The notes under the pieces are model-generated. The model was not told where the DNA came from and did not search any database. It saw only the letters and a list, made by a program, of their open reading frames with translations. The position numbers and the translations under genes are program-made. From a virus, in IMG/VR virus record IMGVR_UViG_3300017792_000017, positions 80,969 to 144,968 of that record: 64,000 nucleotides of DNA, one strand, 5' to 3'. The first letter of the stretch is position 1. Every line of letters starts with the position of its first letter. Below, one piece after another: positions 54,947 to 64,000 of this stretch.

Positions 54947-55210
54947 ATGTTTTTCCATATCAATGAAAAAACTCTCAAAGATGTAATCGAGAACCAGAAG
55001 AAGAGAGATGAGCAAGCTTTCGGAAAATCTGGTACAGTAAATCAAGGCCACGAAATTGATGGTCATGTGCTTCAATTTTTTCAAGGCGTTGATGGATCGG
55101 TCATTATCGAATCCACTCCACCGCTTATCAAGGAGATTGAAGGAGACAAAAATGCTCAAGCTGAAGACGTTGATAAGTTAACGCCTTCTGGTTGGGTCCC
55201 TGTTAAATAA
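54947..55210 (+). CDS. hypothetical protein
   Basis: AAGGAAGG RBS. Confidence 0.6.
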   Translation: MFFHINEKTLKDVIENQKKRDEQAFGKSGTVNQGHEIDGHVLQFFQGVDGSVIIESTPPLIKEIEGDKNAQAEDVDKLTPSGWVPVK

Positions 55211-55219
55211 GAGAGCGGT

Positions 55220-55510
55220 ATGAGTGTAATGTTTGTGATTTATCTGATTGCCTTAGGGCTGTGTACGTGGTTTGGTCCAAAGGTTTCAGCTGTGTTGGAT
55301 AGCTACGATGTAGAGGCGGAGATTACCAACAGGGATGCGTTTGTTAGTTTCGTCATTGGACTCATTCCTGTATTCAACATCTTCTTTGTATTCTTCGGAG
55401 CCTGGCTATGGTCTGATATTTCGAAGGTTACAAAAGAAGCTAAAGCCGGTAACAAAGAAGCAGTAAAGCAATTCAATGAAAAACTAAGGAAGTTGTTCCA
55501 TGAGCAATAA
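55220..55510 (+). CDS. two-TM membrane protein
   Basis: Two hydrophobic segments; LIPVFNI. Confidence 0.6.
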   Translation: MSVMFVIYLIALGLCTWFGPKVSAVLDSYDVEAEITNRDAFVSFVIGLIPVFNIFFVFFGAWLWSDISKVTKEAKAGNKEAVKQFNEKLRKLFHEQ

Positions 55511-55952
55511 TCATTCTAAGCATATGGAACATGCAAAGTTTATCGGGGATCTCTATAGCAAAGATCAGTCAACGAAGATCGGAGCATTGATTCTAGGCAA
55601 GAACAACGAGCCTCTATCCTGGGGCTACAACGGATTTCCAAGAGGGTCTAACGATGACGCACCTGAACGTCACGACAGAACAAAAGAGAAGTACAAATGG
55701 GTTGAACATGCAGAACGCAATGCAATCTATAGCGCTGCACGCTCTGGACACGAATTGGCAGGCAGTCGAATATATGTGTCTCGCCTCCCTACCTGTGTGG
55801 ACTGCGCTCGTGCAATTGTACAAGCTGGAATTACAGAGGTTTATCTAGAGGCAGATGCTTTGCTTCAAAACCGCTGGAAGGAAGATTGGGAACTAACCCA
55901 GAAGATGTATGAAGAATGTGGAGTCAAAGTCTTTGTAATCCCTAACACTTGA
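55500..55952 (+). CDS. dCMP deaminase
   Basis: GYNGFPRG, HAERNAI, TCVDCARAIVQAGI. Confidence 0.9.
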   Translation: MSNNHSKHMEHAKFIGDLYSKDQSTKIGALILGKNNEPLSWGYNGFPRGSNDDAPERHDRTKEKYKWVEHAERNAIYSAARSGHELAGSRIYVSRLPTCVDCARAIVQAGITEVYLEADALLQNRWKEDWELTQKMYEECGVKVFVIPNT

Positions 55953-55959
55953 GGTAAAT

Positions 55960-56577
55960 ATGGAACGTCCGATTCACTACGAGATTCACGTAACGGTAAG
56001 AACTCAAGAAGTACAACGGTTTATGGATGTATGTAGTGAAATCAGAGTTAAACCTATCGTTTTAGATTTACAGAAGAAGGGTGGTTCCGGTTCTGTCCAA
56101 GATGTAATGACTTCTTCAAAGATAACCGGAACTGATTTCGATGCTATTCTGGAAAACAGGATGGTATCGGATGCTCTTTCTTCCAGAGGATTTGAAGTTG
56201 TTAGAGAAAAGATCGAAACCGTTCCTTGGCATCCGAAGGCGGTTGTATATGATCCGGATACGGATAAAGATGGCTACTTTGAAGCACACATTCCAATCAT
56301 CGTAGCTTCTGAAGACGAGAAGACTTTTCTCTCCGATACATGTCAGAGTCAAGGTCTACATCTGAGCCGAAATCCGTTTAAGACTTTTGATAACGGTACA
56401 TATGTTCAGTTCATTACGTTGCGTAGAAAAGTTCCTGTTGATAAGTTCAGGCAACTGGTATCAGCGACTGTATTAGGATTTCTACGGAATGGCATTTCCA
56501 TAAGCGGTTCACCTGAAATAGAATTCGCTCTTTACGATTCAAACGTTAATCACGACGCTGATTGGATCAATTCATAA
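55960..56577 (+). CDS. hypothetical protein with duplicated E-x-H motif
   Basis: YEIHV and YFEAHI. Confidence 0.6.
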   Translation: MERPIHYEIHVTVRTQEVQRFMDVCSEIRVKPIVLDLQKKGGSGSVQDVMTSSKITGTDFDAILENRMVSDALSSRGFEVVREKIETVPWHPKAVVYDPDTDKDGYFEAHIPIIVASEDEKTFLSDTCQSQGLHLSRNPFKTFDNGTYVQFITLRRKVPVDKFRQLVSATVLGFLRNGISISGSPEIEFALYDSNVNHDADWINS

Positions 56578-56590
56578 TCAGCGTTAGAAA

Positions 56591-56607
56591 TTGGTATAAG
56601 TATATTG
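56591..56607 (+). promoter_or_regulatory. early promoter
   Basis: TTGGTATAAG-TATAT-TG. Confidence 0.75.
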
Positions 56608-57167
56608 TGGAAGTAAATAACACCCAAAACATTTCGTCTATTCTTTATCCAGACCAAGAGTCAAAAACAAATGAACAACCAAGAAAGCGTGGTAGACCAA
56701 GGAAAGTCGTTTCCCCTGAACCCGCTCAGCAAAAGCTTGAGCCAGAAGGAATCGCAAAACCAGTCCCGTATGTCTGGCCGTTTCCGCGATTTGCATTCTC
56801 ACCGGAAATCACCAGCAAAACTACATCTTTTGACACGGCACGTATCGGCGGTTCTGGATCACACGGAACGGTCAGAGCAGCCAATCCTGACAAGCTGGCT
56901 TCTGCCGACAAGTCTGGAGGAAGTGGAGTCGGATCTCCCGTTCTTGGCAATGAGCCAAAACGGCGTCGAGGACGACCACCAAAAAACGCAGGAATATTGG
57001 TTCAACAGGGGAGCGTGTCGGTAACAGGTAGTACGTCTGAAGCTAATAAAGTTCAGACGTTGACCGAAAACGTTGCGGAAACTTTAGCCATTCAAAGCCC
57101 AATCGGAGATCAGCCTGTCAAAAAACGGCGAGGCAGGCCACCTAAAGTAAAGCCTCTGGATAACTGA
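56607..57167 (+). CDS. triple AT-hook DNA-binding protein (probable leaderless GTG start)
   Basis: RKRGRPRK, RRRGRPPK, RRGRPPK. Confidence 0.7.
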   Translation: MEVNNTQNISSILYPDQESKTNEQPRKRGRPRKVVSPEPAQQKLEPEGIAKPVPYVWPFPRFAFSPEITSKTTSFDTARIGGSGSHGTVRAANPDKLASADKSGGSGVGSPVLGNEPKRRRGRPPKNAGILVQQGSVSVTGSTSEANKVQTLTENVAETLAIQSPIGDQPVKKRRGRPPKVKPLDN

Positions 57168-57247
57168 AAGAGATTTTTTTGATTAATTTGTGGGTAAAGA
57201 AAATGCCTTGGAATTGGGACCACTGGCCCGTGCCGCCGACTAAGTAA

Positions 57248-58030
57248 TTATCTCACGGGCACCAATTTCTCTTTGAGCATATCCATTGCTTCGCGCTTAT
57301 AAGACCTAAGCTGGTCTTTGGAAATGTTCAAAGTTTTTGCCATCTCTGCATGGGTTTTGTCGTCACCGTCTTTTAAGCCGTAAGACATGATGACAATTTC
57401 TTTGTGTGGGCTTGGTAGATCGTCTACCATTTGGTGGATTCGTTCTTTATCAATTCTGCTTTCAACTTCGGTTCCAATGGGATCGATTTCAAACTCAGGA
57501 CTATCCGTACTCATATCTTCTATGTAGTAGGTTAAAAATTTTGTTTCTGAGAGTTCCCTGAGGTCCTTTTCTGAGACCTTGGGGAATTTCTCTTTCAGCA
57601 TTTCAAAAGAGCAGTTATCTGGATTGGCTTCAATAAACTTAGAAATCTGTTGACCGACTTGTTGTTTCCAGATGGGTAGAGAGACTATTCTCATTTTGGA
57701 CATTGTGTACAAAATTCGCTGTGAGACCCACCACCCTGCGTAAGATAGGAATCTAACTTCTGGAGTTGGATTGTATTTCTCGAATCCGACGAGAAGTCCT
57801 TCGTTTGCTGAACCGATCAGTTCTTCGAATAGATAGAGATCACCTCCGCTAAAGTACTTGGCTTGTTTAAAAGCAAAGCGTAAATTGGAGTTGATGATTC
57901 TCTTTTTGATAGCTTCTTTTTTAGCGACTGAGGCAGCAGGGTCTTGGTATTCCAGAAACAGATCGTACTCCTCATTCCTATCTAATAGGGGGTGCGCACA
58001 AATCTGTTCGTAGTATTTTGATAAATCCAT
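57248..58030 (-). CDS. sigma-70-family RNA polymerase sigma factor
   Basis: PLL..EE, SNLRF, ANEGLL...RFLSYAGWW, region 4 HTH. Confidence 0.9.
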   Translation of the reverse strand: MDLSKYYEQICAHPLLDRNEEYDLFLEYQDPAASVAKKEAIKKRIINSNLRFAFKQAKYFSGGDLYLFEELIGSANEGLLVGFEKYNPTPEVRFLSYAGWWVSQRILYTMSKMRIVSLPIWKQQVGQQISKFIEANPDNCSFEMLKEKFPKVSEKDLRELSETKFLTYYIEDMSTDSPEFEIDPIGTEVESRIDKERIHQMVDDLPSPHKEIVIMSYGLKDGDDKTHAEMAKTLNISKDQLRSYKREAMDMLKEKLVPVR

Positions 58031-58112
58031 TATAGTTTCCGGTCATGAGACCTTGAAGTCTCCTTTAACGTAGAGTATCATAAAGAATCTTAATTATGCA
58101 AGAGTAATGTAA

Positions 58113-58721
58113 ATGTCGAAGTTTTTGATAACAATCACCGGTCCTTCTGGTTCCGGAAAATCAGAGCTACTTAACAAGCTCATTGAAACTGGCAAGTTTG
58201 CCAAACTGTTAAGCGTAACTACCAGACCGCCTAGAGCAGGAGAAGTAGATGGAGTTGATTACAGATTTACCAGTGAATCTATTTTCCTTAGACTCATGGG
58301 AGAAGACGAGTTTGTACAAACCGTTCACTTTCAAGGACTGCAGTATTACGGAACACTTAAGAGTGATGCAGCTGAAGCGATCGACTCAGGAACTGTGCCA
58401 GTTGTTATTATCGAGCCAACTGGGATACCTCAGTTTCAGAAATTCGCTGCAGAGAATGGGTATCAGCTACTCACAATCTTTGTCCAAGCAGAGTTTGACG
58501 TTCTTGTACATCGCTACCTCTCTCGGCTTGTTTCAACCGATTTCGCAGATCCAGCAAGAGTTAAGTATCACGCAAAACGTATTGCCGCAATTCACACTGA
58601 GTACACTGACTGGCAGCATGTTGTACGCTTCAATTGTACGTTTATGAATTCAGGTGATAACTTGCAATACATATCAGAAATGGCTAAAATGGTGGAATAC
58701 TATATTGAGAGCCCGAAATGA
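58113..58721 (+). CDS. guanylate kinase-like
   Basis: GPSGSGKS, TTRPPRAGEVDGVDY, YYGT. Confidence 0.88.
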   Translation: MSKFLITITGPSGSGKSELLNKLIETGKFAKLLSVTTRPPRAGEVDGVDYRFTSESIFLRLMGEDEFVQTVHFQGLQYYGTLKSDAAEAIDSGTVPVVIIEPTGIPQFQKFAAENGYQLLTIFVQAEFDVLVHRYLSRLVSTDFADPARVKYHAKRIAAIHTEYTDWQHVVRFNCTFMNSGDNLQYISEMAKMVEYYIESPK

Positions 58722-58903
58722 GCGTTAAAGTAGAGATGGAAGTAAACGAAGAGAAGAAGATGGTCGCACTCTCTTTTCAATGCAATTCCGAAACCGACCA
58801 TGAAATCCTGGATGCTATTCGAGTAGCTATGTTTGGAGACTTCGAAAAGCGCGGAGGCTACGTTAGTTCTAACCAGCTCGTAGTCCAGGTAAAGACCGAG
58901 TAA
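58718..58903 (+). CDS. hypothetical protein
   Basis: ATGA coupling. Confidence 0.55.
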   Translation: MSVKVEMEVNEEKKMVALSFQCNSETDHEILDAIRVAMFGDFEKRGGYVSSNQLVVQVKTE

Positions 58904-58918
58904 ACAAATTGAGAATTT

Positions 58919-58935
58919 TTGGTATAACAGTATTG
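58919..58935 (+). promoter_or_regulatory. early promoter variant TTGGTATAAC-N5-TG
   Basis: Motif copy with a single substitution. Confidence 0.6.
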
Positions 58936-58945
58936 GTACAACATT

Positions 58946-59113
58946 ATGCTTGAAAAACAAGGTAAAGTTGTATTGACCGATGAGGACTTAACCCTGTATA
59001 ATAAGGGTCAAGTATCCGAACGGATTAAAGAAACGTGGGGTCTCTCTTTTAGCGACCTCGAAGAAGTAGTGGCCTCACATAGTTACACAATTATTAAAAC
59101 CAAGGAAGTATAA
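58946..59113 (+). CDS. 55-aa hypothetical protein
   Basis: Hand-translated; fills the gap after the promoter. Confidence 0.5.
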   Translation: MLEKQGKVVLTDEDLTLYNKGQVSERIKETWGLSFSDLEEVVASHSYTIIKTKEV

Positions 59114-59117
59114 GTTA

Positions 59118-59969
59118 ATGAATCTCGATTCACTTAAAGTATTGGCAGCTGCACTACCCGATTCACATAAGCAAAACGCGCTGGATCTGCTGGACCGCAT
59201 GGAAGCTGTAGTAGAAGGAATTGGCGACGAACCTATCAAGTGGCGTGCCGCCCTGTTGAAACTCATTCAAGCAACGTCAGATCGTAGCAAGCTCCCGAAG
59301 GGTGTTGGCGCTGGTGACTTTATGCTTGGTGAAGAAAAGGTCGATCAACCGCTTAAGGTTATTCCGCTGTATATCGGTAACGGTCGTCAGTATTGGAGTC
59401 CGGACAAGGATGAAGCTAAGATGCTTTGTTCCAGCCCTGACGCTAAGGTTGGCTATATCGGCATGGATTGCGCAAAGTGCCCGCATGGTCAATTCAATGA
59501 AGAAACCCGTAAGTCAGATTGCAGCAAGATCAAGCAAATGCTGGTCATTGCAGCAGACTTCAGCGACATCTTCTCTATCAACTTCGCAAAGACAAACTAT
59601 GCGATTGGTACTGAATTTGAATCGCTTCTGAAGAAGGCAGGCGTTGCTCCATATCGTCGTGTTTATCAGCTTAGCTCAAAGACTAACGCAAAGTACAAGA
59701 ACGTTGAGTCATACGTAGTTGAACCGGCACCGGCAGCAGAGAAGAACGTGGCACCTGAACTTGTAGACTTCCTTAAGGAACTCTTTGAAGTAGTCCGTCA
59801 AGATCGTAAGGAATCACTCGATAAGTTCTATGAGTTTATCCAGATTCGCCGTGCATCAGACTCGGCACCTCAGTTGACCAACGATAGCGCAGACGCAACT
59901 CTCGCAATCGAAGGCCCAGCTGCAGAAGAAGGTGGCGACGTAGAACTCGCTAGCAAGTACTCAGTTTAA
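59118..59969 (+). CDS. putative ssDNA-binding/replication protein
   Basis: CSSPD..G...CAKCP...C; acidic tail; next to the nuclease and primase. Confidence 0.5.
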   Translation: MNLDSLKVLAAALPDSHKQNALDLLDRMEAVVEGIGDEPIKWRAALLKLIQATSDRSKLPKGVGAGDFMLGEEKVDQPLKVIPLYIGNGRQYWSPDKDEAKMLCSSPDAKVGYIGMDCAKCPHGQFNEETRKSDCSKIKQMLVIAADFSDIFSINFAKTNYAIGTEFESLLKKAGVAPYRRVYQLSSKTNAKYKNVESYVVEPAPAAEKNVAPELVDFLKELFEVVRQDRKESLDKFYEFIQIRRASDSAPQLTNDSADATLAIEGPAAEEGGDVELASKYSV

Positions 59970-60021
59970 GTAAGCGTAATACAAAGGCTCCTTCGTGGAG
60001 CCTTTTTTGAAGGTAAAGATC

Positions 60022-60579
60022 GTGCAAGAAACCAAGAACAACGTTCCAGTTAAAGAGAACGACGCAGAGGATACGCTTCCTGAGCATATTAAGCTGTGTG
60101 CAGAATTATCCCTAAGCATTTCTCTCGGTGATAACGAGATTAAAGATCGTGTGTTCCATCTGTTAGGTGGTACAGCGGTGTTTGGGGTGTGTATTGGAGA
60201 ATTAGATGATTCGTTCTTAGTAGCTGCTTCTTGCCAGCTAGTAAGTGAAAACGGAAAAGTAGACGGTAAGCCATTCAGTCGATCCAAAATTATCCGACTG
60301 ATGCGAACCAGCGTTACATTCATCACTATTCCTGAAGCAGAGCATCGCTATTATTTCTATAAATGGCTAAAGAAGCAGTTTACGAATTTACCTTCTTTTT
60401 TTAGTCAGGATAGACGTGACATCGTTGAAAACTTCGTGTATGCTTATGAAAACCGCAATACACATAAAGTTGAGCAAAACGATGATCAGATATCTGATGA
60501 ACCCGAACTACAAGAGGATAATACTAAAGGTAGTGACGACAGCTTCTGGTCTCCCTACACTAGTATGGAATTCCATTAA
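60022..60579 (+). CDS. hypothetical protein
   Basis: GTG after AAGGT; upstream GTG 59995 lies in a terminator hairpin. Confidence 0.55.
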   Translation: MQETKNNVPVKENDAEDTLPEHIKLCAELSLSISLGDNEIKDRVFHLLGGTAVFGVCIGELDDSFLVAASCQLVSENGKVDGKPFSRSKIIRLMRTSVTFITIPEAEHRYYFYKWLKKQFTNLPSFFSQDRRDIVENFVYAYENRNTHKVEQNDDQISDEPELQEDNTKGSDDSFWSPYTSMEFH

Positions 60580-60581
60580 TT

Positions 60582-61562
60582 ATGACAGACGTAGTTGAAC
60601 AAGTAGAAAGTACCGGAGAAGTAAATGATGGCTTGAAAGAGATTTCTAAAGAGTTCCTTGAAACCCTCTACAAGCAAAGTAGTTCTCTTGAAGAGGTAGC
60701 ACTTGATGATATTTCGCTTGGACCTTGGTCCCATTCGAAGCTTAAGGTTCTGGAGAAATGCCCTTTACAATTCTATCTGAAGTACATTCTGAAGGTTAAG
60801 TTACCGCCTCAGTTAGCAGCAGCGCAAGATACTTCGCTAGCCGACGTTGGTTCGGCAGCACACAAAATCCTGGAGTTGGTATTCTTCGGTCACACAGTAG
60901 CAAATGCTTATGCAATGGCTAAGACAGAGTTTGTACCAAGCAAGCTTACTGAAGAACTCTGGATCGAACGAATCGAGGGAGTTGAGTATAACATCACTCA
61001 GTTCAAGGATCGTATCGATAATTTTAAGAAGCGTAACAAGGTTAAGAAGGTCTATACCGAGCTTCGACTAGGTGTTACCCGTGACTGGAAAGCCACGAAG
61101 TTCTTTGCAGCAGATGTATGGTTCCGAGGCGTAGTTGACTTCGTAATCATTCTGGAAAATGGCGATGCCATGATCCTGGACTGGAAGTACGGTCCTCCTG
61201 CAGCGGCTGGTATCCGTAACTACAAGCAACAGTTGGATTCGTATAAGCCAATGATTAACTTCGGGCTGACGCCTATCAAGGGTGCTACGTCTGGAGTTGG
61301 CTTCATCCGGGAGGGTGAGATTATCCTAGATGAGTTCTCTAACAAGGAAGACATCGAAGGTAAGATGAAAAACATGATGGAGTTCAATGTACAAGGTGCT
61401 ATTGACTCTGTATCCGAAGATAAACACTTCGCTCATCGTGTAGGAAATCACTGTAAGTACTGTGAGTTTGCTCCTTGGTGCAAGGCCAAGAAAGCTGACG
61501 GTAACCTCAAAGATTTGGAGAAAGCTACTTCCAAGTTTTTCGAGATCAAAAAAGTAGAATAA
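60582..61562 (+). CDS. PD-(D/E)XK nuclease (RecB/AddB/Cas4-like)
   Basis: WSHS...CP, GSAAH, RGVVD, DWKYG, QL..Y, CKYCEF..WC. Confidence 0.85.
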   Translation: MTDVVEQVESTGEVNDGLKEISKEFLETLYKQSSSLEEVALDDISLGPWSHSKLKVLEKCPLQFYLKYILKVKLPPQLAAAQDTSLADVGSAAHKILELVFFGHTVANAYAMAKTEFVPSKLTEELWIERIEGVEYNITQFKDRIDNFKKRNKVKKVYTELRLGVTRDWKATKFFAADVWFRGVVDFVIILENGDAMILDWKYGPPAAAGIRNYKQQLDSYKPMINFGLTPIKGATSGVGFIREGEIILDEFSNKEDIEGKMKNMMEFNVQGAIDSVSEDKHFAHRVGNHCKYCEFAPWCKAKKADGNLKDLEKATSKFFEIKKVE

Positions 61563-61678
61563 AATCAACAGCTTATAAGCTGTGACTAGAAAAGCGGACT
61601 AGAGGTCTGCTTTTTTAGTTTGTAAATCGTAGTTCTTTTGAGTTATCCTATGGGACTTGATTAAGGCGTAGGTAAGAG

Positions 61679-64000
61679 ATGTTTGAAACAATTAAAAAGG
61701 CTGTAAACCTGCTTGAGCAAATCGCAAACGATACTCAGCAGTCAATTGTAGAAAATGGTACAAACACATTTAGATTTGAAGACGATGAAGACGTAGGCTG
61801 TCCATTCTGTGGCCATAAAGGCTGCTTCAAGATGTTCTTTAACGAGGACGAACCAGAGAAGGCAGGTTACCACTGTTTTAGCTGTGAGGCTCATGGAGAC
61901 GTCATTGAGTGGACTGCAAAGCGTAATGATGTAACTCTTCGAGAAGCGTGTCTTAAGCTTTCGAAGGAACATGATATTAAACTGCCTTCGGACTACAATC
62001 CGATTGCAGAGATTTTCCAGTTAGCAGCAACGTATTACGAGAATTGTCTTTGGGAAGAGTGCAACAAGCCATATATGGAGCTTGCGAAGATGACTCCGTC
62101 CGAGTATCAAATGAAGGTACGAGGACATTCTGAAGAAATTCTCAAGCAGGAACATGTAGGTTGGTCCGATGGCGGAGTTGTAGCGTATCTTGAAGCATTA
62201 GGGTATGACACAGAGATTCTTCTAGCTTCAGGACTTAAGAGTGAAAAGACTGGTCGTGATTTCCTCCCTTCGAAGGTATTCATCTATCCTCATTATGTGA
62301 AAGGTAGAGTCTCCCACTTTACCTTCAAAGATCCGCTAAAGAAATTGGCGTATCAACTTCCAAATCGGTTCTGTCTTAACGGGCACCAATTTTGGGGACA
62401 AGATACTGTTGTAGGTAAGGATGTCGTCTACATCGTTGAAGGTGAGAATGATCGTTTGAGTCTGTTGCGTGCAGGTAAAACTGGCGTACTGGCAACTATT
62501 GGTCAGATCTCCGGTAGTCAACTTGACTGGATTCGTGAGAATCTCAGCAAGAAGACAATCGTAACGTTCTTCGATAATGATGAAGCTGGCGATAAGTATC
62601 GAACTAAAGTTGATAAACTTCGTAAAGCGTTGTCTACTGTAATTCAGGTAATTCCTGGAGAACGTGAAGATGACATTGATAAACTGATTTGCAATGGAGC
62701 AGATGTAGATGCGCTTATTGAAGCGAGCAAAGGGCCAGGAACGCAGGTCGTGGCTGTGGAGTCCGGGTCTGGAAAAGTACAGTTCGATGGGGGCTCGTAT
62801 CTTCAGAGAATGGAGTCGGCAGGCGGTGAAGGACATAACGGAGAAGGAGAACGAGATATTTCTGGAGAAGATTCAGGAGATATTGAAATCCTCCCTCCCG
62901 GAAAAGAACTAGCTCAGAACTCAATTGTTCAGAAGAAGGGTTCCTACTGGCGAGTAACGTTTAAGGAAGGTGAACCGCAGTACACGAAAGTAAGTGACTT
63001 CGTAATCGTACTGAAGAACATTTACATTACTGAAGATGGGGATAGACATCGTGAAGTCGTTATCGTCAGAGAAGACGGTCAAAAGAGTATTCCAATTCTA
63101 ATCGACTCGGAAACTAAAGTCTCTCTCAAGCCTTTCAGAACATTGCTTGCAAGAGCGGTTGACGCCGATTTCAAAGGCAATGAACGAGATATGTCTGGAC
63201 TTTGGGAACTCGTCTACTCCCAGTCATCAGAAACACAAGTCCGTGTTACACGAACTGTTGGACGTCATGAAGGAATGCGTGGTTGGATCTTCCGCAATCG
63301 ATTCATTTCTGACACAGGGGCAGTCATTGAGCCTGACAAGGACGGTGTCTTTTGGCTTGCAGGTAAGACAGTCGGTATTAGGCCTGAATCGCTCAACGTT
63401 GCCTCGAATCAAGTTCACACAACTGGGGACAACTCCGGGAAAGTCGATATCCCTTATATCGAGCCTGACATTTCAAGAGCTGAAGCAGATGATCTCATGA
63501 AGGGTATCGTGGAGAATCTAAGTAAGAATCTGAACAATCCAGGTCACGCTTTGATTCTTCTAGGCTGGATGTATGCTTGTATTTACTCAAATACGATTTT
63601 CTCTTTGAACAAGAGTTTTCCGTATCTGTTCCTATGGGGCACGAAGGGTAAAGGTAAGACTTCGATTGCGAAGTGGATTCAAGACTTTTATGATATGCGT
63701 GACTGTGGCTACACTTCAGTTCCGCAGTTGAAGTCAGCAGTAGGTTGGGGTCGTAAGGTTGAGTACTATTCTTCACTTCCAGTCTTCATCGATGAAATTC
63801 GATCAGACCAAGAGACGAAAGAGTATGTGAACTTGTTTCGTACGTACTATGACCGTACTCCAAGAACGATGGGGGTTAAAGATGGTTTTGGTGTCAAGAC
63901 TCAAGAAGTCCGTTCCTGTTTCATGTTCGTCGGTGAAGACTTATTTGAAGATCCTGCAACCAGAGAGCGCTGCATACCTGTTCGTATTCCAGTAAACAAC
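61679..64000 (+). CDS. DNA primase (Zn finger + TOPRIM) fused to a P-loop helicase; runs off the window
   Basis: Hand-translated: CPFC...YHCFSC.AHGDVI, IVEGEND, FDNDEAG, WGTKGKGKT, FIDE; absent from the ORF track. Confidence 0.85.
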   Translation, partial: MFETIKKAVNLLEQIANDTQQSIVENGTNTFRFEDDEDVGCPFCGHKGCFKMFFNEDEPEKAGYHCFSCEAHGDVIEWTAKRNDVTLREACLKLSKEHDIKLPSDYNPIAEIFQLAATYYENCLWEECNKPYMELAKMTPSEYQMKVRGHSEEILKQEHVGWSDGGVVAYLEALGYDTEILLASGLKSEKTGRDFLPSKVFIYPHYVKGRVSHFTFKDPLKKLAYQLPNRFCLNGHQFWGQDTVVGKDVVYIVEGENDRLSLLRAGKTGVLATIGQISGSQLDWIRENLSKKTIVTFFDNDEAGDKYRTKVDKLRKALSTVIQVIPGEREDDIDKLICNGADVDALIEASKGPGTQVVAVESGSGKVQFDGGSYLQRMESAGGEGHNGEGERDISGEDSGDIEILPPGKELAQNSIVQKKGSYWRVTFKEGEPQYTKVSDFVIVLKNIYITEDGDRHREVVIVREDGQKSIPILIDSETKVSLKPFRTLLARAVDADFKGNERDMSGLWELVYSQSSETQVRVTRTVGRHEGMRGWIFRNRFISDTGAVIEPDKDGVFWLAGKTVGIRPESLNVASNQVHTTGDNSGKVDIPYIEPDISRAEADDLMKGIVENLSKNLNNPGHALILLGWMYACIYSNTIFSLNKSFPYLFLWGTKGKGKTSIAKWIQDFYDMRDCGYTSVPQLKSAVGWGRKVEYYSSLPVFIDEIRSDQETKEYVNLFRTYYDRTPRTMGVKDGFGVKTQEVRSCFMFVGEDLFEDPATRERCIPVRIPVNN

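Noticed and set aside
60582-61562. CRISPR-Cas (Cas4) system
   Set aside because: No repeat-spacer array or other cas genes; such nucleases are common in phage replication modules
61742-63776. Short ORFs listed in the last 2.3 kb
   Set aside because: All overlap the primase-helicase frame from 61679, which the track omitted because it has no stop in the window
1-64000. Assignment to a named phage or to nucleus-forming phiKZ-like phages
   Set aside because: No chimallin or tubulin recognised here and no database search was possible

Overview
A 64-kb segment of a large contractile-tailed (myovirus-type) dsDNA bacteriophage genome. The minus strand from about 0.2 to 44 kb holds late and virion genes: tail tube, sheath, neck proteins, major capsid protein, decoration protein, scaffolds, prohead protease, portal and fibre-like genes. 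It also holds a multisubunit RNA polymerase split into three genes that stay collinear with rpoB-rpoC. The plus strand holds early islands inserted among these genes and, from about 44 kb, early, replication and nucleotide-metabolism genes: SNF2 and DinG helicases, SLT, dCMP deaminase, guanylate kinase, PD-(D/E)XK nuclease and a primase-helicase that runs off the end. A sigma-70-like gene lies on the minus strand at 57-58 kb. Two promoter classes can be read from the DNA: early TTGGTATAAG-N5-T-R (13 copies plus one variant, all plus strand) and late TAAAATA. The main discovery candidate is a capsid-loading system. An N-K-Y-L-E-K-I-A tag, resembling the T4 capsid-targeting sequence and ending in a putative (hydrophobic)-x-K-x-A protease site, starts at least seven proteins. 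It also sits at the domain junctions of two apparent polyproteins: LigD phosphoesterase + poxvirus NPH-I-like SNF2, and HhH-GPD-like domain + ATP-dependent DNA ligase. This suggests an injected DNA-repair and transcription kit. Also seen are a likely programmed -1 frameshift extending the scaffold protein, a tagged ACP-like protein and a candidate 88-nt structured RNA. All protein calls come from motif recognition by eye; no searches were run.
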